A DNA stretch of 64,000 bases from Promethearchaeota archaeon (lineage in GTDB: Archaea > Asgardarchaeota > Lokiarchaeia > Sigyniarchaeales > SOKP01). This document shows, in pieces, positions 51,487 to 60,731 of the stretch. The DNA is taken from the NCBI GenBank assembly GCA_019058365.1, contig JAHPZE010000002.1, forward strand, positions 64,001 to 128,000, given 5' to 3'. The translations under genes were made by a program, and so were the position numbers. Under the pieces are notes generated by a model. The model ran no database searches and had not been told where the DNA came from. It saw only the letters and a program-made list of their open reading frames with translations. Numbering within the stretch: position 1 is the stretch's first letter; each line of letters begins with the position of its first letter.

Positions 51487-53053
51487 AATTCTTATAATTA
51501 CTGGCCTGCTAAGTTATGATATAATAGAGAAGATAGTCAAACACGTAAAAGAGCATGAGATAAATATTATAAAAGCACCAATATCTATTTCTGCATTTCT
51601 TACAGAATCTATAATAACTGATATTTTAGAACAAATAGAAATTTCTAATTATGATTTGATATTATTGCCTGGTTTTGTCCAGTGGGATTCTACTAATTTA
51701 GAAGAAAAATTTTCAATAAATATTAGAAAAGGACCTGAATTTGCTTCTGATTTACCTGTAACCTTAAAAAATTTAAAAAATTTCATATTATCTAATACAA
51801 TACCGGCAAATAGATTATTAGAGATTTCAGGTGAAAATAAATATTCAGAAATTGTAAAGGAACAATTAGAATTGGCTAAAAACGATCTAGGTTCTCATAC
51901 ATATTACCTTAATGAAAAAAAGACTAATATCATAATTGGAAGGTATATGCCACCTCCTATAATTGCTGAGATTGTCAATTGTACTGAAAAAAGTAATGAG
52001 CAGATTCTTAAAAAAGCAAAACATTATATAAATTCTGGAGCGGATATTATAGATATTGGATGCGTATCTAATAAACCGAACCCCGAAAGAATCAAAGAGA
52101 TAATCAAATTAATTAGGTCCAAACATGATGTTTTGATAAGTATCGATTCAATGGTCCCAGAAGAAATAAATGCTGCTGCAGATGAAAACATTGATCTCAT
52201 TTTAAGTTTAGATCTCGGCAATTATGAAGAAATGTTAAATCTCCCTAAAAACATTCCTATTGTTATACTTCCCACAAATGTTAAGGATGCTTATTTTCCT
52301 AAAGATCCCGAGACTCGAATTAAAAATTTATTTAAATTAACAAAGAGATTATTAAACAATGGATTCAAGAAATTAATAGCTGATCCCTTATTAGAAACAC
52401 CTATAAGTCCAGGAATTTGCAACTCTTTGGAAGCTTATTTTCTATATAAAAAGAAAGTTATTGAAAATAAATACGAACCTTTTGAATTACCGATGTTTTT
52501 TGGAATTTCAAACGTAGTAGAACTCATGGATATTGATTCTATCGGAATTAATGGACTTTTAGCTAGTATTGCAGTTGAATTAGATATAGGAATTCTTTTT
52601 ACTGTTGAACATAGTGCAAAATTAATGGGAGGGGTAAGAGAATTAAAAGAATGTGTAAAATTAAATTATATTGCCAAGCATAATAAAACTCCCCCAATAA
52701 ACCAAGGAATCTCAATATTAAAGGCTAAAGGAAAAACAAGTCAAGAATTACCTCCTATAAATCAAGCTAATGTGATTTTAGCAGATAAAACCATACAAGA
52801 TTATATTCCCGATACTAATGGGTATTTTAGAATTTATACAGATAACTATTCTAAAAAAATCTTTGTTCATTTCTATTCTTATGATGACAAATTGCTTCAA
52901 ACTTTTATAGGGGAAAATGCTGAAGCTTTAAGTAAAAAGATAATTCAAAATGACTTAACTAAAAATATATATCATTTAAATTATTTAGGTAGAGAATTGA
53001 AAAAAGCAGAAATTTGCTTATTTTTTGGAAAACCTTATATCCAAGATGAATAA
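51482..53053 (+). CDS. Dihydropteroate synthase-related protein (MJ0107-like, with N-terminal and DUF4346-like C-terminal domains)
   Basis: In-frame upstream extension RILIITGLLS...YDLILLPG; GADIIDIG, ISIDS, ADPLL, NVVELMDIDSIG, HLNYLGRELKKAE, KPYIQD; proposed ATT start at 51482 (ORF track start 51656). Confidence 0.88.
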   Translation: MRILIITGLLSYDIIEKIVKHVKEHEINIIKAPISISAFLTESIITDILEQIEISNYDLILLPGFVQWDSTNLEEKFSINIRKGPEFASDLPVTLKNLKNFILSNTIPANRLLEISGENKYSEIVKEQLELAKNDLGSHTYYLNEKKTNIIIGRYMPPPIIAEIVNCTEKSNEQILKKAKHYINSGADIIDIGCVSNKPNPERIKEIIKLIRSKHDVLISIDSMVPEEINAAADENIDLILSLDLGNYEEMLNLPKNIPIVILPTNVKDAYFPKDPETRIKNLFKLTKRLLNNGFKKLIADPLLETPISPGICNSLEAYFLYKKKVIENKYEPFELPMFFGISNVVELMDIDSIGINGLLASIAVELDIGILFTVEHSAKLMGGVRELKECVKLNYIAKHNKTPPINQGISILKAKGKTSQELPPINQANVILADKTIQDYIPDTNGYFRIYTDNYSKKIFVHFYSYDDKLLQTFIGENAEALSKKIIQNDLTKNIYHLNYLGRELKKAEICLFFGKPYIQDE

Positions 53054-53067
53054 AAAAAAAAATTAAA

Positions 53068-53364
53068 TTAAATAATTTCATGACATATTTTTATATCGAT
53101 TCCAGGTTCTAAAAGAGGACTCAATTTTACCATGTTCTTACCTAAATTTTTATTATGTTGTTTCAATGCATCAGAATCAGCATATACTTCATAAAAAATA
53201 ATTGAATTTTCCTCTCCCTTTATTGTGTGAGGAATATATTGCAAACATCCTGGTTCTGATTCTTTTATTTTAGGTACAACTTCTTTTAGGACTTCAATTG
53301 CTTTTTCCATATTTCCTTTTTTCACTCGAGCTGCTGCAATTAATGTTATTGGGATTACAACCAC
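53068..53364 (-). CDS. Antibiotic biosynthesis monooxygenase (ABM/YgiN-like) protein
   Basis: EPGCLQY, FYEVYAD.DALKQH; true start is GTG 53364 or ATC 53355 rather than 53448. Confidence 0.8.
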   Translation of the reverse strand: MVVIPITLIAAARVKKGNMEKAIEVLKEVVPKIKESEPGCLQYIPHTIKGEENSIIFYEVYADSDALKQHNKNLGKNMVKLSPLLEPGIDIKICHEII

Positions 53365-53687
53365 CAATTCTTTCTTTATATTTTTAGTATTAATTTTAAT
53401 TTTTAATAAAATTATTAATAAAATTGTTAATTCCATAAAAAATTGCATTAGCTAAATAATATTGGTTATTTAGACAATTTTATTTCTATAATACATTCTA
53501 CTCAAATAGTACAAATAAAACCTTTTACAATATTACAATAATTAAAATCAGTTTATTTTAAAATTTAGGTACTCAGATGAGTTAATATTATAAATTTTAT
53601 GGTGAATTTATGAGTAGAAATTTAAATAATTACTAAACTTATATAGCATACACTTATGAACTAAATAACCTCAAACAGTTTGATATT

Positions 53688-55553
53688 ATGATCCCAAAAA
53701 ATATGGAATCCTTTCTTAATGAACATCTCCCTAAAGCTACTTTTAAAGCTCGGCTTAAAAAAGATCAAGGAAAATGTTATTTAGAATTTAGTAATCTAGA
53801 TGTCCATCTTTTATCCCATTTAGGGATTATATGCGATAAAGTAGGTCCTCACTTAGTAGGATGTATATGGGATGAAAATTCACCACTTGAAATCGGTGGA
53901 TATGTAGTTGTGGATTCCCTCGCGGGAGGTCGCCCTTCAATGGGAGGAATTAGGATGTTACCAAGTATAACTCCATCTGATATCCATAATCTAGCACGAG
54001 GAATGACGTTAAAAAATGCTGCTGCTAATCTTCCTTATGGGGGTGGAAAAGCAGGAATTGTAGCAGAAAGGGGACTCTCTCCCGAAGAACATACTAAAAT
54101 TGTCAGTGGTTTTGCTCGATTAATTCGACGGTATAAAGAAATCTACCTTCCAGGGCCTGATGTTGGCACGAATGATGCTGATATGAAGACTATTGCCATT
54201 GAAAATGGGTTAGATAAAGCTCTCTCTAAGCCTGCTGATATGGGTGGGAACCGTATTGATGAACTTGGAGCTGCTGCGGGAGGCGTTATAATTGCATTAC
54301 AAACTCTGTTAAAAATTATGCCAAGATTAAGAATACTTACTCAATTCGCTAATTTGGAAATTCCTAATACAAAAGATCTTAAAATATTGATTCAAGGTTT
54401 TGGAGCAGTAGGAGCTCATGCTGCCCGTATATTGAAAGATCGATTACCTGAAGCAAAAGTTATAGGTATTAGTGATTTAGAGGGATATTTATATAATGAA
54501 TCTGGATTACCTATTGGAGAATTATTTAAATTATGGAAAAAAAATAAATTAGTTACTAATCTATATTTTAAAAATCAAATACTCTCAGAAGGATATAAAC
54601 ATCCAACTAAATTTTCTACAAATGCAGATAATTTACTCCTAGAAAATGCATTTTGTTTGATTCCAGCTGCTCCTATTTTTAATTATTTATGTGTCAGAAG
54701 ATCTGAAAATCCTTCGATGACTGTTGATCGAATGGGAAAATGGTCAGTGATTATTGAAGGTGCTAATACTTACTCTCCTGATCCAAATAGAAAGGCTGCC
54801 CGAATTCGGATGGAACAAATTGTATATCGAGAAAAAGGAGTTATGATCGCAAATGATTATTTAGTTAATTCGGGTGGAGTAATATTTGCAGCTCAAGAGC
54901 ATATTGTAAAAACCCCAGATCACCTACAAATTCCAGAAGAAATGTTAGGTAATCGTGAATTAGTACAAAAATGGTTAAAAGATCATGCAAATGAATTTGC
55001 TAAATTATCAAAACAACGTTTAATAGCAGGTGAAGAATACAGAGAAAAAGTAATTCATAATAACATGATTGAATTAGTTGATATGCTAACTAAATATCCA
55101 GATATGTTACCCTGCACTGCTGCTGAACAAATAAGCCTTCAGCGTCTTACAGCGAAAGAAAGACAACGTACAGCTAAGGACATTATGATACCAATACCAA
55201 CTATCGACGTTAAAAGCACAATTCAAGAAGCTGCATCATTAATTATTAAAGAAGTGAGTGATATCATAGCTGTTCTTTCGAGTGGTAAACTTGTAGGTGT
55301 TGTAACTGATTGGGATGTTACAAAAGCTATGGCGGAGGGAAGTATAGATGTTACTCTTGACAAAATAATGACTAGAGATGTTATTACCACTCATCCAAAT
55401 TTTACAATTGTAGATATAGTGCGTGAATTGGAACAATCTAAAATCTCAGCAATGCCGGTTGTGGAAGAAGGTATTGTATTAGGAAAAGTTAACTCAGATC
55501 TCATTGCCCAACGCTACGTATTAGATTTACTACAGTCTCGAGAACCGCATTAA
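53688..55553 (+). CDS. Glu/Leu/Phe/Val dehydrogenase fused to a C-terminal CBS pair
   Basis: GGIRM, GMTLKNA..LPYGGGKAGI, PGPDVGT, QGFGAVG, EGAN, NSGGVI; TAKDIM...GVVTDWD...IMTRDV..MPVV. Confidence 0.88.
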   Translation: MIPKNMESFLNEHLPKATFKARLKKDQGKCYLEFSNLDVHLLSHLGIICDKVGPHLVGCIWDENSPLEIGGYVVVDSLAGGRPSMGGIRMLPSITPSDIHNLARGMTLKNAAANLPYGGGKAGIVAERGLSPEEHTKIVSGFARLIRRYKEIYLPGPDVGTNDADMKTIAIENGLDKALSKPADMGGNRIDELGAAAGGVIIALQTLLKIMPRLRILTQFANLEIPNTKDLKILIQGFGAVGAHAARILKDRLPEAKVIGISDLEGYLYNESGLPIGELFKLWKKNKLVTNLYFKNQILSEGYKHPTKFSTNADNLLLENAFCLIPAAPIFNYLCVRRSENPSMTVDRMGKWSVIIEGANTYSPDPNRKAARIRMEQIVYREKGVMIANDYLVNSGGVIFAAQEHIVKTPDHLQIPEEMLGNRELVQKWLKDHANEFAKLSKQRLIAGEEYREKVIHNNMIELVDMLTKYPDMLPCTAAEQISLQRLTAKERQRTAKDIMIPIPTIDVKSTIQEAASLIIKEVSDIIAVLSSGKLVGVVTDWDVTKAMAEGSIDVTLDKIMTRDVITTHPNFTIVDIVRELEQSKISAMPVVEEGIVLGKVNSDLIAQRYVLDLLQSREPH

Positions 55554-55590
55554 TAATTAAAATTTTAAAATATAATTTATTAAGAAGATC

Positions 55591-56721
55591 TTAATAAAAT
55601 TTTATAATATTATATAAAGTATCTCTTTGTGCTGGTCTTTTTCCTGCGTTATTTATTATTTTCACTATTTCTTCTGGAGACAAATACTCGCCAAATTCAG
55701 CACCAGCACTTTTTGAAATATTCTCTTCCATTAATGTTCCAGAGAAGTCATTAACCCCGTAATTTAAAGAAACTTGCGCAAAATTTGGACCCAATTTTAC
55801 CCAACTACATTGGATATTATCAATGTAATTATTAAAGAATAATCTTGCTACACAAAATAGTTTTAAATCATCCATTCCATAGTTAGGTTTTAAAGGAAAA
55901 TTTTCAAGTTGAGATAAAATCGGATTTTCTTTTACGAACGGTAATGGTACAAATTCAGTGAACCCATGAGTTTCCCTTTGTATTTCTCTTAATATTTCTA
56001 AATGCTTAACTCTATCACTTAAACTTTCAATATGGCCATACATTATGGTAGAAGTTGTTGGAATCTTTAACTTGTGAGCAGTAGTTATAATTTCTTTCCA
56101 TTGAGATGTATTCACCTTATTTGGACAAATCACTTTTCTTATTTCATCAACTAATATCTCTGCAGCTGTTCCTGGAATAGAGTCTAGTCCTGCTTTTTTT
56201 AATTCTCTAAGCGTATCTAATATCGAATTTTCAAATAATTTGGCTATATAGAATATTTCCTGTGGAGAAAATGCATGTATATGCATCCTTGGATCGATTT
56301 TTTTAACAGTTTTAAGAATATCCAAATAAAATTCAAACTTTACCTTAGGATTTATGCCACCTTGAATACAAACTTCCGTACATCCCGTATTTTTAGCTTC
56401 GATTACTTTTTCTCTAATCTGATCAATATCAAGTAAGAATGCATTAGGATCTGTTGCTGGTAAACTAAAAGAACAGAACTTACAGCGTTGATAACAAATA
56501 TTTGTGAAATTTATATTTCTATTTATAACAAAAGTTACAAGATTTTGCTTTTTTCCGAAGCAGATCTGATCTGCTACGTATTGTAAAGCAAAGAATTCTT
56601 TTCCCTTTACTTTTAAAATCTCTAAGGCTTCTTCTGAACTTATTTCATCCGAATCTAAAGCTTTCTGTAGAATTTTCTTTATATTTGGACTGATATTTTC
56701 AGACAACTGAGTATTTATCAT
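55591..56721 (-). CDS. cofH: FO synthase subunit 2
   Basis: NRNINFTNICYQRCKFCSF, IPGTAAEIL, IQCSWVKLG, GTLMEENISKSAGA. Confidence 0.92.
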   Translation of the reverse strand: MINTQLSENISPNIKKILQKALDSDEISSEEALEILKVKGKEFFALQYVADQICFGKKQNLVTFVINRNINFTNICYQRCKFCSFSLPATDPNAFLLDIDQIREKVIEAKNTGCTEVCIQGGINPKVKFEFYLDILKTVKKIDPRMHIHAFSPQEIFYIAKLFENSILDTLRELKKAGLDSIPGTAAEILVDEIRKVICPNKVNTSQWKEIITTAHKLKIPTTSTIMYGHIESLSDRVKHLEILREIQRETHGFTEFVPLPFVKENPILSQLENFPLKPNYGMDDLKLFCVARLFFNNYIDNIQCSWVKLGPNFAQVSLNYGVNDFSGTLMEENISKSAGAEFGEYLSPEEIVKIINNAGKRPAQRDTLYNIIKFY

Positions 56722-57823
56722 CTAAATTTATATTATCAATTACTTTTTTAATATTTTCTGGACAAAAACTTTCTTTCTTTATAAATTTACTATAGATGGG
56801 GAGTCTCTCTTTGAGATTATAACCTTTTTCTTTACAAATTTTATATAAATCCTCTATTTGAGGCCACTGATTTTCAGGATTTATAAAATCTAATGTAAAA
56901 GGGGAAATTCCACCAAAATCATCAATACCCATATCGATAAACTCTCTTTCAAAACCTGGTATAAGATTTGGTGGAACTTGAATAGCAATATCGTTTTCAA
57001 AAATAATTCGAGCAAATCCTACTATTTTAAGCATATCTTCAAGAGTAATTGACTTTCTAGGCTGGTAAGGGATATTTTGTTTATTTATAAAATTTTGAAT
57101 TATTACTTCTTGTATATGACCATATTTATCATTGATCTCCTTTATTAAATATAAATCTCCAATGATATCTTCAATACTTTCTCCAATACCTAATAATAAA
57201 CCTGTAGTAAAGGGAATTTTTAATTTTCCTGCATTATTTATGTGCTCTATTCTTTTTTTTGGCATTTTTCCAAGAGAATGCTCATGTACTTCGCCCTTTT
57301 CAAAGAGTTTCATGCTTGTACTTTCAAGCATTAATCCCATACTTGCATTATATTTTTTTAAATTCTTTATTTCATCATATGTCAAATATCCTAAATTTGT
57401 ATGTGGTAGAATGTTAAAATCTAACAGATAAGTGCTAACATCTTTTACAAACTCAATAAAATCTGAACATTTTCTTTTTTCTAATTCTTTTTTAACTTCA
57501 AGAAATCTTCCAGGACGTTCTCCAGACATTATAAGGGCTTCTTTACATTCATTTTGAAACGCTTTCTGAATTAAATTTACTATGTGTTCATTACTAAGCA
57601 AAATAACATTGCTCTCACTATTTAATTTCGGAATTTTATAATTATAAAAGCAATACCCACACTGATTTATACAATAGTTTGAAAGAGAAAGTGTAAAATT
57701 TTTAGAATATGTAATTACATTACGATCTTCCTCAGGTAATTGATCTTTTATATCTTTAACCTTAATACTCAATTTCTTAATAGTTAAGCTTATTAATTGC
57801 TTGATTTTCTTTTCATTCATCAC
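56699..57823 (-). CDS. cofG: FO synthase subunit 1
   Basis: ITYSKN, CINQCGYC, LPHTNLG, SMGLMLE, PFTTGLLLGIGE, GHIQEVIIQNF, QVPPNL. Confidence 0.92.
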   Translation of the reverse strand: MMNEKKIKQLISLTIKKLSIKVKDIKDQLPEEDRNVITYSKNFTLSLSNYCINQCGYCFYNYKIPKLNSESNVILLSNEHIVNLIQKAFQNECKEALIMSGERPGRFLEVKKELEKRKCSDFIEFVKDVSTYLLDFNILPHTNLGYLTYDEIKNLKKYNASMGLMLESTSMKLFEKGEVHEHSLGKMPKKRIEHINNAGKLKIPFTTGLLLGIGESIEDIIGDLYLIKEINDKYGHIQEVIIQNFINKQNIPYQPRKSITLEDMLKIVGFARIIFENDIAIQVPPNLIPGFEREFIDMGIDDFGGISPFTLDFINPENQWPQIEDLYKICKEKGYNLKERLPIYSKFIKKESFCPENIKKVIDNINLDDKYSVV

Positions 57824-58488
57824 TTTCTCTTTTTATAACTTAAAGTAATATAATAAGTTCTGATTTTAACATCAAATAAATCAAATCTAGGTGCACTTTT
57901 TATCTCTTCAAATCCTATTCCTTCTACCAAGCTTGTTGCTTCCTTTCCACCAACAATCCAGGGTGCTATAGTTAACCTTATATCATCAATTAAATTATTT
58001 TGTATAAAACTCCAATTTAAATTACCACCACCTTCCAATAAGATAGTATTTATTCCCAAACTTTTTAGGATCGGTAAAAGCTTTATTAAATCCACACGTT
58101 TACCATCTCCCGCTCTAATTATTTTTACTCCTCTTGCTTCATAATCTCTTTGTTTGGTAAATGGAACATTTTCAGTAGTGCAAATTATTGTAGGATAAAT
58201 TTCTGGTCGAAAGGAAATTACATTCGATTCTAGTGGTATCGTCAAATTGCTATCTAAAACAATTCTATAATATCCTTTATGATTATAATATTTAATATGC
58301 AATTTTGGATTATCTTTTAAAATTGTATCCTTTCCCACCATTATTGCATCAACTTGAGTTCGAAGTTTATGGACCTCTTTCCAGTCAACTTTATCCGATA
58401 ATTCTGAATCACCCTCTTTAGTTGCGATTTTACCATCTATAGTCATTGCAGCGCTTAAAATAATATAGGGATTGTTAACTTTTTTCAA
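57820..58488 (-). CDS. arfC: 2,5-diamino-6-ribosylamino-4(3H)-pyrimidinone 5'-phosphate reductase (Rib7/ArfC)
   Basis: AAMTIDGKIAT, VHKLR..VDAIMVG, DNPKL, LEGGG; stand-alone reductase with no deaminase domain. Confidence 0.88.
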   Translation of the reverse strand: MKKVNNPYIILSAAMTIDGKIATKEGDSELSDKVDWKEVHKLRTQVDAIMVGKDTILKDNPKLHIKYYNHKGYYRIVLDSNLTIPLESNVISFRPEIYPTIICTTENVPFTKQRDYEARGVKIIRAGDGKRVDLIKLLPILKSLGINTILLEGGGNLNWSFIQNNLIDDIRLTIAPWIVGGKEATSLVEGIGFEEIKSAPRFDLFDVKIRTYYITLSYKKRK

Positions 58489-59644
58489 ATACTAATCCTC
58501 CTTTAATAAATGTCTTTTTTATATTTTCTGATTTTGTTCTTTGAGTAATTAGATCATATATATTATTAGAATCTAAAATTGAAGAAAAGAGATTTGGAGA
58601 GCTAAGATCAATTAAAAAAAGATCAGCAAATTTTCCTTTTGAAATTGAACCAAACTCTTTTTCGAGATCAAAATTTTTTGCAGCATTAATTGTAACCATC
58701 TTCAATAAATCTTTAGAGGAAAATTGAAGCTCTTTATTATAATTGCATAAAACCCTCGAAATTCGATAAAGATATCGTATCTCTTCAAATAAATCTGTAT
58801 TATTTACCATTAAATTATCTGTTCCTAAGGATATTGGAACTTTTAAGCTTAAAATTTCATTGATGGGAGGAAATCCGGTTCCAAAATATCCATTACAACG
58901 AGGACATAAAACAAGAGATTTATGATATCTGTTTATTTTTTCTAAATCATTTTTGATAAATTTTGTTCCATGAATGATGATATCAACAAAATTATCACTA
59001 AACATTTCATTTATTAAATTTTCACTACGAATCTTTTCCGCACAATGGCAAGCAATAATTTTTTTAAATTTATGTTTAGCAGATACAACAAATTTTTTAT
59101 TTGATGAACTAATTTGTTTATAACTAGATAATCCAACTCCATCTGCCATATTAAATATAGCTTCTATTTCGCTTTCATCCATAAATCGTCCTAAAACTAA
59201 AAAATTAATTGGACTGTCAGTAAGTGCCTTTTTTAAAAGCTTTACTCCTTTAACCCCTTCCTCTCGAAAATCAATGAAAAATGTAATACCATTTGAAAGC
59301 ATTTCTAAAACAGCATTTTGAATTCCATTAATCTTAATGTCTTTTGGAGTTTGTCTTAATAATTTATGTTTAAGGCCAAATGGTGGGGCAACGATTTCCC
59401 CTAGTTCTTTATTAAAACCCAATTCTTTTGCAAAATTATCTCCAATATGGATATGTGAGTTTATAAAACCTGGAATCATTAAGAATGTCTGATGATTGGG
59501 AAGAATTTCGATATTTGCACTTATATTATCACAAGAAATATGGATAATTCTTCCATTTTCGTCTATTTCTAAATTTACATTCTGCTTTAAATCTAAATTC
59601 TCTCCAATTAAAGCATATTTGCTATATAAGAATTTTTTAGCCAT
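58475..59644 (-). CDS. Amidohydrolase-superfamily metal-dependent deaminase
   Basis: PGFINSHIHIGD, HCAE, HGT, CPRCN, LGTDN, TINAA, GKFADL; start uncertain (59644/59668/59704). Confidence 0.85.
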   Translation of the reverse strand: MAKKFLYSKYALIGENLDLKQNVNLEIDENGRIIHISCDNISANIEILPNHQTFLMIPGFINSHIHIGDNFAKELGFNKELGEIVAPPFGLKHKLLRQTPKDIKINGIQNAVLEMLSNGITFFIDFREEGVKGVKLLKKALTDSPINFLVLGRFMDESEIEAIFNMADGVGLSSYKQISSSNKKFVVSAKHKFKKIIACHCAEKIRSENLINEMFSDNFVDIIIHGTKFIKNDLEKINRYHKSLVLCPRCNGYFGTGFPPINEILSLKVPISLGTDNLMVNNTDLFEEIRYLYRISRVLCNYNKELQFSSKDLLKMVTINAAKNFDLEKEFGSISKGKFADLFLIDLSSPNLFSSILDSNNIYDLITQRTKSENIKKTFIKGGLVFEKS

Positions 59645-59737
59645 TAATTCATAAACAATGTAAATCATTTTAAATATTTCTAATCCTTTTAAAGAATAGA
59701 ACATTAAAAAATTAATTTTTGATACTGGTGGCTATAA

Positions 59738-60697
59738 ATTACTAAATTTAAAACAGATCTACAAGATTCTGGTTCAATAATAGATATTCCAATTGACAAG
59801 GTTGGTATTGTAGAATTGCAAAAAAAAGTTGAGATTGTTCAAGAAAATAAAAAGTACTCTTTCTATCCTAAAATTTCAGCGTTAATCAATCTTCCAGCTG
59901 AGCAGCGTGGAATTCATATGTCCCGAACTTCGGAAACTATAGAAGAAGTCATTAATGAAGTAATTTTCAAGCCCACCCCAACTATTGAACTTGTTGGAGA
60001 TAGAATTATAAAGAAATTAATGGAACAACACCCTTATACTTCTAAAGCTGAAGTAAAACTAGAAGGCAAAATTGTTGTTCAAGTAAAAGAAAATGATGAA
60101 AGACTTATTCAAAAATCATATGACATTAGTTCATTTGTAAAAGCAAGTCGAGATATTTCGGAAAATCTTGATTTTAATTATTTCATAGGTGCTAGTGCAG
60201 TTGGTATGACGGTCTGTCCTTGTGCTAAGGAGCTTTCTTTGGAATATGCAGAAGAAGTTGTTAAATCTAGAAAAGATATAAATGTTTCCGAAGAAGATCT
60301 TAATAAGCTGTTAAATCTACTTCCTTTCTCCTCACATAACCAAAGATCCATTGGGACAATAATTATCCAAATAAAAGATTTAACTAATCATAAGGTGGAT
60401 GTTTTAGATATAATTGATGTAATAGAAGAATCTATGAGCGGTAAAATTCAATCTGTTTTAAAAAGACCAGAAGAAGCTGAATTAGTAAGAAGTGCACACT
60501 TAAAACCTCTATTTTCAGAAGATGTTATAAGAGAAATGGCAAAAAATTTCATTTTAAGAGATTTTCCCAACCTTGAAGATGATTTTAAAGTAAAATTTAA
60601 AGTAGAAAGTCTAGAATCTATACATCCCCATAACGTCTTTGCTTCACTGAAAACGACCGTAGGAGAGTTAAAAGAAAGGCTGAAATATATCCATTAA
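59738..60697 (+). CDS. mptA: GTP cyclohydrolase MptA (FolE2 family)
   Basis: RGIHMSR, GMTVCPCA, SHNQR, LKRPEE, EDVIR, ESIHPHN; conserved N-terminal DLQ...IDKVGI lies upstream of 59816, so ATT start proposed at 59738. Confidence 0.9.
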   Translation: MTKFKTDLQDSGSIIDIPIDKVGIVELQKKVEIVQENKKYSFYPKISALINLPAEQRGIHMSRTSETIEEVINEVIFKPTPTIELVGDRIIKKLMEQHPYTSKAEVKLEGKIVVQVKENDERLIQKSYDISSFVKASRDISENLDFNYFIGASAVGMTVCPCAKELSLEYAEEVVKSRKDINVSEEDLNKLLNLLPFSSHNQRSIGTIIIQIKDLTNHKVDVLDIIDVIEESMSGKIQSVLKRPEEAELVRSAHLKPLFSEDVIREMAKNFILRDFPNLEDDFKVKFKVESLESIHPHNVFASLKTTVGELKERLKYIH

Positions 60698-60731
60698 TTC
60701 TTAATTGAAAAATTGATTATTTTGGAAATTA

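Noticed and set aside
53365-53448. Hydrophobic N-terminal extension on the ABM ORF as a signal or TM segment
   Set aside because: Translation of AT-rich intergenic DNA; the SD-like GGTGG and the domain start lie downstream
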